This document shows, in pieces, positions 15,987-24,279 of a stretch of DNA of 45,905 bases (within the stretch, counting starts at the first letter, position 1; every line of letters begins with the position of its first letter). Made by a program: the position numbers and the translations under genes. This DNA is from Acidimicrobiia bacterium (lineage in GTDB: Bacteria > Actinomycetota > Acidimicrobiia > Acidimicrobiales > Ilumatobacteraceae): the NCBI GenBank assembly GCA_033791105.1, contig JASJHI010000216.1:1-45905 (forward strand), written 5' to 3'. The notes under the pieces are model-generated. The model saw only the letters and a list, made by a program, of their open reading frames with translations. It was not told the DNA's origin and ran no database searches.

Positions 15987-18900
15987 GCGGCAGCTCCCGG
16001 TCCTTCGACCGATGTCGGGTCTGCGTCGACCGGCGCGCCAACAAGCGTGGTCCCCCGCTTGTGGATCAGGTTCTGCACGTCGAGCTCGACCGGCGCGATC
16101 GGCTCAGCGATCACGATCGTCTCGCGGGCGCCGACGCCGGACAGTCGGTCGGCCAGCCGCGCCGCGTTGTCCGTCGCTGCCGTCGTGTACTCGGAGGCCC
16201 GCGGCGACGGAGAAGCATGTTCGATGATCGGCTCGCCCCACGACTCCTGGTGGCTCGCGGCACGCGGACGAGACGCGAGCCCGTGGCGAACGAGGTTCGG
16301 CACCTTGAGGGGACCATCGTGCTGCCGCAGCTCGGGTGCCAGCCGCCACCACTGGACCACGGGCACGACAGCGCGCCGGTCGACGGCCAGGTTCTCGTAC
16401 ATCGAACCGATGTCGAGCGGATCGATGCGACTCGTCACGAGGTCGTCCACACGCATCCTCCCTGTCTCGATCATGTCGAGGAAGTATTGCGCCGCACTGT
16501 GCCGATCCAGACCATCGGTGCCCGCGTCGAGTAACCCGGCGTGTGCGCCGACGAGCCGGAGCCGACGACGAGCGACCAGGTCCAGTGCGAGCGGTGCCGA
16601 TTCGGCACGCGTGGTGCCGAGCAGGACGACGGCCGCTCCGACGTTCGCGGCGCGGAGCGCGTACTCGAGTCCGTCCGTCGTGCCGCTGGCCTCGATGACG
16701 ATGTCGGCTGCGACATCGTCGATCTGATCGGGGCCGCGCGGAACCGCGTTCTCGGAGACCCGAACATGGACGTCCTTGGCGTTGGAGGCTGCGATCACCG
16801 TCGACGGTCCTGCGCCTGCCGTCATCGCCAGCCGGTGCGCGAGCAGGCCGATCGCACCCGCCCCGATGACGGCGATCGACCGCCCGGCGCACTCGCCGGC
16901 ACGGGCCACCCCGAGTGCGGCGATGGCGCCGAGGGTGACCATCGCGGCCGAGTCCGGATCGGTCCCTTCCCGAATTGCGAGAACCTGCGATCGTTTCACC
17001 GTCACCAACGACTGATGCGGTGCACCCCACACGGCGACGCGATCGCCTGGCTCCAGGTCGTACACCCCGGGGCCGACCGCGTGTACCGAACCGGCGAGGG
17101 AGTAGCCCGGATGATGCGGGTAGCTGATCGCGGCCCCGGGGAGGCCGAGCCAGCGCGCTCGCTCGGTCCCCGCGCTGACCGCACTCGCCTCCACCAGAAC
17201 CGTGACTTGACCCGCTTGCGGTGCGGGCACCTCGACGGGCACGAGTTCCGCACGTCTCCGCGAGGGCCACATCACTGCGGCGGCCCGCGAGGCGTCGGGA
17301 CGTGCTCTCCGCGTACGCCGACGTTGGCCGAGCCACCGCTTCGCCTCGACGAGCCCGACATCCGTCGGCGCCGAGATGTCCGGTTGCTCGACGACGACAC
17401 TTCGCGCCTCGAGTTGTCCGACAACGTGGTCGGTGACGTGCATCGTGGTTGCCAGGATGGTGAACATCGGATTTGCATATCCGCTGGTGGGGAACAGCGA
17501 TGCGCCGATCACGTACAGGCCTGGCACGGAGTGCGCCTGGCCGTTCGGATCGACGACGGACGTCTTCGGATCGTTGCCCATTCGGGTGGTACCCGCATGA
17601 TGTGAGGCATCGCCGACCGCTGCCCGGATGCTCTCATCGTCGAGTTCTCCGTCGAGGCTCCCGATCCCCCTCCGCCGGAGGTCGTCGTCGAGGGCTCCGT
17701 TCACCGCTCGGACGCTGTGGAGATCGAGGTCCGAGAGAGTCGAGTCGATCGTGGTGAGTGGGTTTCCCAGCGGGTCAGCGCGGTCCGAGAGTCGGACCCG
17801 ATTGCCGTGCACCGGCTCCTGCTCCATGATGGTCCTGACCAGTATCGAGTCGATCGGCCCTTGGTTGCGGAGACGGAATCGTGCCATCTGGTCCAGCGCA
17901 TCTCGCTCGGAGAGAATCCGGCGGAGAGCGGCGGCGTCGACCTTCCGCACCCGGCCCCGCGCTGCTGCTCGCAGCGACCTGACGCCCGGGGGGATGTCGG
18001 CCACGACGACCGGTTCGAGACGCACGTAGCTGTTCAGCGTATGGAGTTGTTCCTGAGCCGCCGCGGTGAGCCCAATGCCCCACCTCGTGTTGCCCTTCGA
18101 CGTCGCACGCGCCGGCCAGTAGCGGCGAGCCGGGAGCCGCCGGCCGGCTTCACCGAGCGAGAGTGCTGCGGTGAAGCCCTTCGGATGGTCCTGGAAGTAG
18201 CGACCGACCAGGTCGTGTTCGTTCCCGAGGCCGTCCGCGCGACTGGAACGGCTGGCCAGCAAGAGGCGCGCATTCTCGATGGCTCCACAACCGAGCATCA
18301 CGACACGGCTGCGAACCGTGAACGAGTTGCCGAGCAACGTGCTCGCTTCGACACCGCCGACCCGGGTGCCCGACGCGTCGAGTTCGACCGAGGTCACGTT
18401 GGCGAGGGTGATGAGGTGGACACCGTCAGCCGCGCTGACGCGGGACCGCAGCTCGTCGCCGAACCGCAAGGGTCTCCGGTCCTTCTGGAACACGAGGGTT
18501 CGCAGCACGTCGGACTCGAAGCGGATACCGTCGCCGACTTCGGCCGATCGGCCGCCAACACCGTCGCCGCGATCGGACGGTTTGTCGAAGTACGACGGGT
18601 CGGGGAGGGCGAACATGCCGGCCGCTCGCGCGTAGCAGGATCGAAGGCGCTCTGCATCGATCGGCCAACCTGACCCGGGGACCCAGGGGCGCTCGCGTAG
18701 GTCGATGTCGTCGAGGGTCGTGATTCCCCCGGTCCACAGGTTGGTGGTGCCGCCCAACCACCTTGCGCGACTCTCGTCGCCGATTCGATCAGCGGAGCAT
18801 TCGACCGAGTTGAACGCCGACGTCGCGTCGTCTCTGACCTCCCCACCACTCTCGATCACGACGATTCGTAGACCGCGGCCGAGCAGCGAGAGGGCCGCGG

Positions 18901-19063
18901 TACAGCCGGCCGCGCCAGATCCGACGATGCAGACGTCGTACTCGAGCAGCGCAGCGTCCGGAATGCGCCGTGCATCGTGGACGGGAAGCCGATGTCTGCT
19001 CCATTCGTCACGGCCGTCGAGTGCTCGCGCTGCCGACGTCCGCCATGTTCGCGTCACGCTCAA
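15983..19063 (-). CDS. Fusion protein: N-terminal GMC-family FAD oxidoreductase plus C-terminal MDR (alcohol-dehydrogenase-like, apparently Zn-less) domain and a roughly 120-aa tail
   Basis: A single uninterrupted 1026-codon frame. Residues ~40-548 have DVCIVGSGAAGCTAAL (FAD GxGxxG) and HHAGTTRMG...VDPNGQAHSVPGLYVIGASLFPTSGYANP (GMC C-terminal signature). Residues ~598-905 have an MDR layout with IAVIGAGAIGLL (NAD GxGxxG) but HPGYSLAG where Zn-ADHs have GHE. A basic linker RRRTRRARPD joins the two parts. Confidence 0.8.
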   Translation of the reverse strand: MSVTRTWRTSAARALDGRDEWSRHRLPVHDARRIPDAALLEYDVCIVGSGAAGCTAALSLLGRGLRIVVIESGGEVRDDATSAFNSVECSADRIGDESRARWLGGTTNLWTGGITTLDDIDLRERPWVPGSGWPIDAERLRSCYARAAGMFALPDPSYFDKPSDRGDGVGGRSAEVGDGIRFESDVLRTLVFQKDRRPLRFGDELRSRVSAADGVHLITLANVTSVELDASGTRVGGVEASTLLGNSFTVRSRVVMLGCGAIENARLLLASRSSRADGLGNEHDLVGRYFQDHPKGFTAALSLGEAGRRLPARRYWPARATSKGNTRWGIGLTAAAQEQLHTLNSYVRLEPVVVADIPPGVRSLRAAARGRVRKVDAAALRRILSERDALDQMARFRLRNQGPIDSILVRTIMEQEPVHGNRVRLSDRADPLGNPLTTIDSTLSDLDLHSVRAVNGALDDDLRRRGIGSLDGELDDESIRAAVGDASHHAGTTRMGNDPKTSVVDPNGQAHSVPGLYVIGASLFPTSGYANPMFTILATTMHVTDHVVGQLEARSVVVEQPDISAPTDVGLVEAKRWLGQRRRTRRARPDASRAAAVMWPSRRRAELVPVEVPAPQAGQVTVLVEASAVSAGTERARWLGLPGAAISYPHHPGYSLAGSVHAVGPGVYDLEPGDRVAVWGAPHQSLVTVKRSQVLAIREGTDPDSAAMVTLGAIAALGVARAGECAGRSIAVIGAGAIGLLAHRLAMTAGAGPSTVIAASNAKDVHVRVSENAVPRGPDQIDDVAADIVIEASGTTDGLEYALRAANVGAAVVLLGTTRAESAPLALDLVARRRLRLVGAHAGLLDAGTDGLDRHSAAQYFLDMIETGRMRVDDLVTSRIDPLDIGSMYENLAVDRRAVVPVVQWWRLAPELRQHDGPLKVPNLVRHGLASRPRAASHQESWGEPIIEHASPSPRASEYTTAATDNAARLADRLSGVGARETIVIAEPIAPVELDVQNLIHKRGTTLVGAPVDADPTSVEGPGAAA

Positions 19064-19130
19064 CCGCCCACCTCCTCCATGCTCGCGCCGCTGGGGTCCA
19101 TCGTAGGTTTCGTGCGCAACCTCCGAAGAA

Positions 19131-19166
19131 ATCGGGCGCAGGGTGCGCCGATAGCGTGCGCCCGAT
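19131..19166. promoter_or_regulatory. Operator-like inverted repeat in the divergent promoter region between the two nonulosonate-related transcription units
   Basis: ATCGGGCGCA (19131-19140) has a perfect reverse complement, TGCGCCCGAT, at 19157-19166. A near-copy TGCGCCGAT lies between them (19144-19152). The site sits inside the 154-bp intergenic gap 19064..19217. Confidence 0.3.
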
Positions 19167-19217
19167 GAACGGCGTCCAGATCATCCCGACTGCGGCGCGC
19201 GCCCAGCTTCTCGTGTC

Positions 19218-20612
19218 ATGAGCGGCGGCACGCGCTGGCTGCTCCTGCCCGTCGAGGTGAAGACCCGGGCGTTCGAGTCCCGGCTGTTCCTCGGCGCGCA
19301 CGCCGTCGCAGCGGGGTGGAACGTAGTGATCGGACGGAAGAGTGCGCTCAACAGTGCGATCCGTTCGTTGCCACGCGGCCTCTACCTCGACAAGTGCATT
19401 CAGGCGTCATCGCTGCAGAAGACGCAATATGTGAAGGCGCTCGGCAACGTGTACGCGGCGATCGACGAGGAGGGCCTCGTCCACGAGGGTGGCTCGGAGA
19501 CCTACCCGAAACGACGGTTGACGACCGAGACCCTCGCCGAAACCTCCCGATTCTGTTCGTGGGGCGACGCGCAGGCAGAGGTCGTGAGAGCCGCGATGCC
19601 AAAACTCGCCGACCGCGTGGTCGTCACCGGCAATCCGCGAGTCGACCTGTGGCGACCCGAGATGAAGGGACTCCACACCCGGCAGGTCGACCGAATCCGC
19701 GAGTCGGTCGGCGAGTTCGTCTTCTTCCCGTCGAACTTCGCCAATGTGATCGGAGCCGACGGCCGGGAACTCACCGAACAATTCGGGCACGTCAGCGGCC
19801 ACTACGCTGATCAAGACGAGCGCCGGCGCTTCGAGGGGTACCTCGATCTCCGCCGACAAATCCTCGACCGCCTCCGGATCGCGCTCCCGCGACTGGCGCG
19901 CGAACTTCCGGACGGCCATCGCCTGGTGATCCGGCCGCACCCCGCCGAGGATCACGAATTCTGGGACCAGGTGATCGATGGGCACCCGAACATGGAGTTG
20001 CACTATGAGGGCACGATCACGCCGTGGCTGCTCGCGGCCCGAGGGATCGTCCACAGCAACTGCACGAGCGGCGTCGAGGCGGCCGTCTCCGGTGTGCCGT
20101 GCATCGCCTACTCCCCGCTCGACGAGTCCGCCTTTCCGATGCTGCCCAACGAGATCAGCCGTGTGGTCGAATCCGACGACGAACTGATCGCCGCGGTCGG
20201 CGACCTCATCGCCGGCCGCCAAGTCGTGCCCGACCAGGCCCGCGCGGTTGTGGACCACCACATCGCGGCCGTTCGTGGTCCACTTGCCAGTGAGAACCTG
20301 CTCGCAGAGTTCGACTCGCTGCCCGTGCGCGAGGACCGCGGTGACGGGCGCCAGGCTCGACGACGCTCTGACGAGTTGCGCATGATCCCGACGAGGATCC
20401 AGAAACTACGCGCGAAGCGCCTCCGGACCGCTCAGGATTGGATGCCGCCGATCAGCAGCAAGCTTGCGGACCAGAAGTTTCCGCTCACCGAGACCTTGGA
20501 GGTCGACGGCATCCTCGATCGATTCGCCACCGAGCTCCCACGACTCGCCGGGGTCGAGGTCAGCGCGGTGGGCGAATCTCTGTTTCAGCTGTCGCCTGCC
20601 GACCGGGGCTGA
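19218..20612 (+). CDS. Putative surface-carbohydrate biosynthesis protein / capsule-type GT-B-like glycosyltransferase (candidate nonulosonate transferase)
   Basis: 464-aa ORF, divergent from the nonulosonate operon. The N-terminus WLLLPVEVKTRAFESRLFLGAHAVAAGWNVVIG and the C-terminal SNCTSGVEAAVSGVPCIAY resemble capsule-synthesis/surface-carbohydrate family proteins as I recall them. The coding call is solid; the function is tentative. Confidence 0.45.
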   Translation: MSGGTRWLLLPVEVKTRAFESRLFLGAHAVAAGWNVVIGRKSALNSAIRSLPRGLYLDKCIQASSLQKTQYVKALGNVYAAIDEEGLVHEGGSETYPKRRLTTETLAETSRFCSWGDAQAEVVRAAMPKLADRVVVTGNPRVDLWRPEMKGLHTRQVDRIRESVGEFVFFPSNFANVIGADGRELTEQFGHVSGHYADQDERRRFEGYLDLRRQILDRLRIALPRLARELPDGHRLVIRPHPAEDHEFWDQVIDGHPNMELHYEGTITPWLLAARGIVHSNCTSGVEAAVSGVPCIAYSPLDESAFPMLPNEISRVVESDDELIAAVGDLIAGRQVVPDQARAVVDHHIAAVRGPLASENLLAEFDSLPVREDRGDGRQARRRSDELRMIPTRIQKLRAKRLRTAQDWMPPISSKLADQKFPLTETLEVDGILDRFATELPRLAGVEVSAVGESLFQLSPADRG

Positions 20613-20630
20613 TCCGCTGCGGGCGAGAAC

Positions 20631-20680
20631 GAGCACGTCAAAGCACGGAAAGAGTGCTGTCGCCATTCGCGGACGTGCTC
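20631..20680. terminator. Nested stem-loop between convergent genes (candidate bidirectional, U-tract-less terminator)
   Basis: GAGCACGTC (20631-20639) pairs with GACGTGCTC (20672-20680). An inner hairpin pairs AGCAC (20642-20646) with GTGCT (20654-20658). It lies between stops at 20612 (+) and 20757 (-). Confidence 0.3.
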
Positions 20681-20756
20681 GAGATAGGTGCCGTCGGTGT
20701 CGATGCCGGCATGCATGTTGATCCATGGCGTCCGATCTTCGTCGAGCACGCCCTGT

Positions 20757-21833
20757 TCAGCTGCGCTGTCGGAGCCGGCGGGCGCGGTCGCGGAGGTCGA
20801 GTTGCGCACGGCCGAGCGCGTCGTCGCGGACGACGAGGAATGACTGGGAATCGCGCTCTGCATTCGACCAGCGGTGCTTGTACGCGAAGTCGCCGCTGAG
20901 CATGTCCTTCTCGAGGTCACCCTGCTCGGCGAACCGCTCGAGTGTCTGGAAGATTCCGATGTTGCCAGGGCCGTACTTGCGGAAGTCATCGTCGATGGCG
21001 AGGGTGTCACCGATCACACGGCCGTCGACGTGCAGCAGCAATGCCACCCACACCGGGCGCCCGTCGGCGCGGATCGCCCTGATCCCGGCACGGCCGTCGA
21101 ACGCCATCGCGCGCACCACGGCCCTCGTGAAGGCAGCGTCGCCGTCGGTGGCGAATGCCTTGGGGCCGTCGCCGCCGGTCCACCGCTTGGCGATCAATTC
21201 CTCGAGCGCATCGAGTCCCTCGTCGATGCCGAGGTCGAGCATCTCCGTCACTTCGAACTGCTCGCTCAGCCGACGCATCGACCGCGGAACGTCACGCTTC
21301 TGGGCGATCTTGCGGACCCCCGCTACCGGATCGTCCATCAGGTCGAACCGCACGACAGCGGCCGGCAGTGGATCGGCGAGCGGTACCGCCCGGAGATCGG
21401 TTCGACCGATGAGCGCCGGCCGCAAGGGGCCGTCGCTGCGCAGTCCACGGAGGTAGGCGGCCGATCCGGGTCGCCCCAGCGCGCCGTGTAGATGGTCGAG
21501 GAGCAGATCGGGCAGCTCCGGCATCCAGTCCGCGAGCAGCGGATCTCCGTAATCAACACGGCCCGAGGCCGCGCTCTTCAGCCTGGTGACCGCGAACGAT
21601 CCGACGCCGATCCGCGACAGGTCGAAAGGGGCGACGCCGACGAGTTCGCCGTCGCTGCGAAAGGTGACGACGTGGACCGGTCGGCCGGCTGAGTAGTGCC
21701 GGAACCAGGTGACCACGTAGGCCGGCGCCTGATAGGGATTCGAGTTCGCGACGCGGTCGAGCAGCTCGTTCCATGGGCGGCGGAGCCGTTCGAGCCCGTC
21801 GACGTCGGCGATGACCTCGACGTCGACTGTCAT
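20757..21833 (-). CDS. GNAT-fold acyltransferase, CelD/BcsL (BioF2-like; FemAB-related) family, copy 2
   Basis: Internal ATG 21833 (ATGA overlap with the upstream stop). The layout W..LL......PYQAPAYVVTWFRHY...VVTFRSDGELVGVAPF......GRVDYGDPLL is typical of CelD-like proteins and is paralogous to the upstream gene. Confidence 0.7.
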   Translation of the reverse strand: MTVDVEVIADVDGLERLRRPWNELLDRVANSNPYQAPAYVVTWFRHYSAGRPVHVVTFRSDGELVGVAPFDLSRIGVGSFAVTRLKSAASGRVDYGDPLLADWMPELPDLLLDHLHGALGRPGSAAYLRGLRSDGPLRPALIGRTDLRAVPLADPLPAAVVRFDLMDDPVAGVRKIAQKRDVPRSMRRLSEQFEVTEMLDLGIDEGLDALEELIAKRWTGGDGPKAFATDGDAAFTRAVVRAMAFDGRAGIRAIRADGRPVWVALLLHVDGRVIGDTLAIDDDFRKYGPGNIGIFQTLERFAEQGDLEKDMLSGDFAYKHRWSNAERDSQSFLVVRDDALGRAQLDLRDRARRLRQRS

Positions 21834-22984
21834 CGAGGCGTCGATCCCGACTTCACGGGTCCCGCGAGCAGCGAGCGAGCGCGCCTGCTGGCGACACCAT
21901 GTTGCATGAAGCGTTCGGCGCGGCCGAGCGCACCTGGTCGGGTGAGCACGACGGAGCGGAGTGTGCGCAACTCGTTCGACCAAACCGTCTTGTAGTCCTG
22001 CACACCTTGGCCGTGGTCGTACTCCGCGGCGCCCTCGGCGAGTGCCTGCAGGAGGATGCCGTGCACGAGCACATAGCCGGGTCGGCACTTGCCGGCCACC
22101 GTGTCGAAGCCGGCCGCCTGCCCGACCCACCGCGATCCGATGTTGTGCCCGAGCTCGAGCGCGGCGACCGTCTCGCCCGCAACGAGTCGGCACATCCGTG
22201 CATCCCCAACCCGGTCGAGCGCCTCCATCGAATCGCGTACGAGCGCCAAGGAGCGGGGACGCTGCAGCAGCCGGGGGGCGTCCTCGGCGCCGAACCGCTC
22301 GATGTGCATCTCGGCCATCCGTTCGAGCCCTGGGGTGACCGGCGCGGTGGTCTCGATCGTCACCTCACCGAGGCTGCTCGCCAGCTTGCGGCTGTACTTG
22401 GGCAGTTTGAGCTTCGCCGCCCGCCGTTCGATCTCGCCCTCGGGGTCGTCCCATGCGTCGAATCGAGTCACCGGGGAGGCCGCCGAGCTGGTTTCGACCA
22501 CCTCGACATCGTCAATCTCGAGCAGCGTCCGATAAAAGACGCTCTGCTCGTCGACGCGCCGAACAGCGACCGCGCATCCGGAGGACCGGGCGAGATCGCG
22601 CAGGTGATCGGTGAGGAGCGCCGCGCACGCCTCGGCGTGCTCCGAGGCGAACAGCGGGTCGCCGTAATCGCCCGGCTCGGTCGCCGCCGTGATGACGACT
22701 TCGATCGGCGGGGCGCCGAGCGGGCGGGTCACGACAAAGGGGGCGATGCAGACGAGCTCGTCGCCATGATGAAAAGCGAGCACGTGCAATCGATCGCGAC
22801 GTCCCGCCTCGTCGTACCAACCCAGCATCCATTCAGGCGATTGATATGCACATGACCCCGGCGTCGCCACGAGCAGGTCGCGCCAGGCGGGGACGAGCCC
22901 GCGTAACTCCTCGATGCCATCGATCACCGACAGACTGATTCCCGTTCCGTCGTCGGAAGGGCGCAGCCTGGATCGGTCGTTCAT
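21830..22984 (-). CDS. GNAT-fold acyltransferase, CelD/BcsL (BioF2-like; FemAB-related) family, copy 1
   Basis: ATG 22984. WRDLLVATPGSCAYQSPEWMLGWY...VLAFHHGDELVCIAPF......EPGDYGDPLF. It has the same architecture as the downstream paralog. Confidence 0.7.
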   Translation of the reverse strand: MNDRSRLRPSDDGTGISLSVIDGIEELRGLVPAWRDLLVATPGSCAYQSPEWMLGWYDEAGRRDRLHVLAFHHGDELVCIAPFVVTRPLGAPPIEVVITAATEPGDYGDPLFASEHAEACAALLTDHLRDLARSSGCAVAVRRVDEQSVFYRTLLEIDDVEVVETSSAASPVTRFDAWDDPEGEIERRAAKLKLPKYSRKLASSLGEVTIETTAPVTPGLERMAEMHIERFGAEDAPRLLQRPRSLALVRDSMEALDRVGDARMCRLVAGETVAALELGHNIGSRWVGQAAGFDTVAGKCRPGYVLVHGILLQALAEGAAEYDHGQGVQDYKTVWSNELRTLRSVVLTRPGALGRAERFMQHGVASRRARSLLAGPVKSGSTPR

Positions 22985-23117
22985 GTGCTTCGTCAATCCG
23001 CCTCGGTTTTCGAAACTGCCCCGCCGGCCCAAGTATGGCCGATACGCGACGCTCAGACACCAACCCCTGCGGAGTCGCGCCACGCGTCGCGGTCGAGTCA
23101 CCGATCGGCGCGCCTGG

Positions 23118-24062
23118 TCAGCGATGTGACGCGAGGGCTCGCCCGGTGCGGAGACTGGAGAGCCCCCAGCTCAGATCTCGGCGCGCATAGTCGAGAGACG
23201 CGAGCGGATGCCCGATCGTGAGCGAACGCTTGGCAAAGACGAACGACGCCGTCGCGAACGACGCGAACACCTCGGCCCGGTCGAGTTCACGACCCGCGGC
23301 GGCATACGCCGCGCAGAGGGGATCGGTGAACACGCGGTGTGCATCGCCGGCCGACGCCGTCGAGTGGAACGCGATCGCGGCGCGCCGGGCCAGACGGAGG
23401 GCGAGTACGCCGATGTCGAATTCCGCGAATGTCCAACGCTCGTCGGTCGGGAGATCGATCAATCCGACGGATCCGTCGGCACCGGCGATCAGGTTGTGCG
23501 GCCCAGAATCGCAGAGTGACCGAACGGGGTCGCTCGGCGGCGGCTCGGAGCCCACCACCGCCCGGCGGACTTGCTGGTGAAGGCGACCAACCGAGATCGT
23601 CGCCGGCGCACCGGCGGTCAACGCAGCGTGAAAGCCGGCGAGGAGGGCGCCGGACGCCCGCGCCAGGGCCGAGAGCTCGACGGGCCAAGCGGCGCCGCTC
23701 GAGCGGCCATCTGGTGCAAGCGACTCGATGCGCTCCTTGACGGGCACGCCCCGCGAATACTCGTAGGCGAACAGATCCGGTTCCGATCCCCACCCGACCG
23801 GTCGTGGAGCGATCGCGCTGCCGGGGCCGTCCGCGGCGTGCAATGCCAGCGTCTCGTGGAGCCGATAGAGAGTGTGCGCGTCGCTGCCGGGTCGAGGTGG
23901 GTTGCGCTGCGTTTTGGCGACGATGGTGACGGTCGACGGATCGGACTCGTCGGCGAGGAACAGCACGTCGCTCGGCCCGCGATCGATCCGCTGCGCCACG
24001 ACGCGCCCGACGAGAAGCGCATCGAGGGAAGTCCTGCCCTCGGCTACGCCGGGCGAGGACAT
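23118..24062 (-). CDS. Kinase-like (aminoglycoside-phosphotransferase/choline-kinase fold) protein
   Basis: LCDSGPHNLIAGADGSVGLIDLPTDE matches the H-x-D/N-x4-N ... I-D catalytic and Mg-binding loop pattern of APH-fold kinases, with the usual Asp replaced (SGPHN). The start is uncertain (24062 or 24143). Confidence 0.5.
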   Translation of the reverse strand: MSSPGVAEGRTSLDALLVGRVVAQRIDRGPSDVLFLADESDPSTVTIVAKTQRNPPRPGSDAHTLYRLHETLALHAADGPGSAIAPRPVGWGSEPDLFAYEYSRGVPVKERIESLAPDGRSSGAAWPVELSALARASGALLAGFHAALTAGAPATISVGRLHQQVRRAVVGSEPPPSDPVRSLCDSGPHNLIAGADGSVGLIDLPTDERWTFAEFDIGVLALRLARRAAIAFHSTASAGDAHRVFTDPLCAAYAAAGRELDRAEVFASFATASFVFAKRSLTIGHPLASLDYARRDLSWGLSSLRTGRALASHR

Positions 24063-24279
24063 CCGCTCCGACGGGCGACGTTCGTCTGCAGCACTCAATG
24101 CGATGCGTCTCCTCTGCGCTCCGGCGCCCGATGTGGGCCACACCAGTCACTACCCGAGGCGTTGCACGATATCGCCGGAGTTGCGCCCGAACCCGGACCG
24201 GTCGACCGTGTGGTCGCTCGTACCTGTCCGGTAGCGTCCCCATGATGGTGGCTGCGTGGAACACGGCGGTGGGCCGCTG

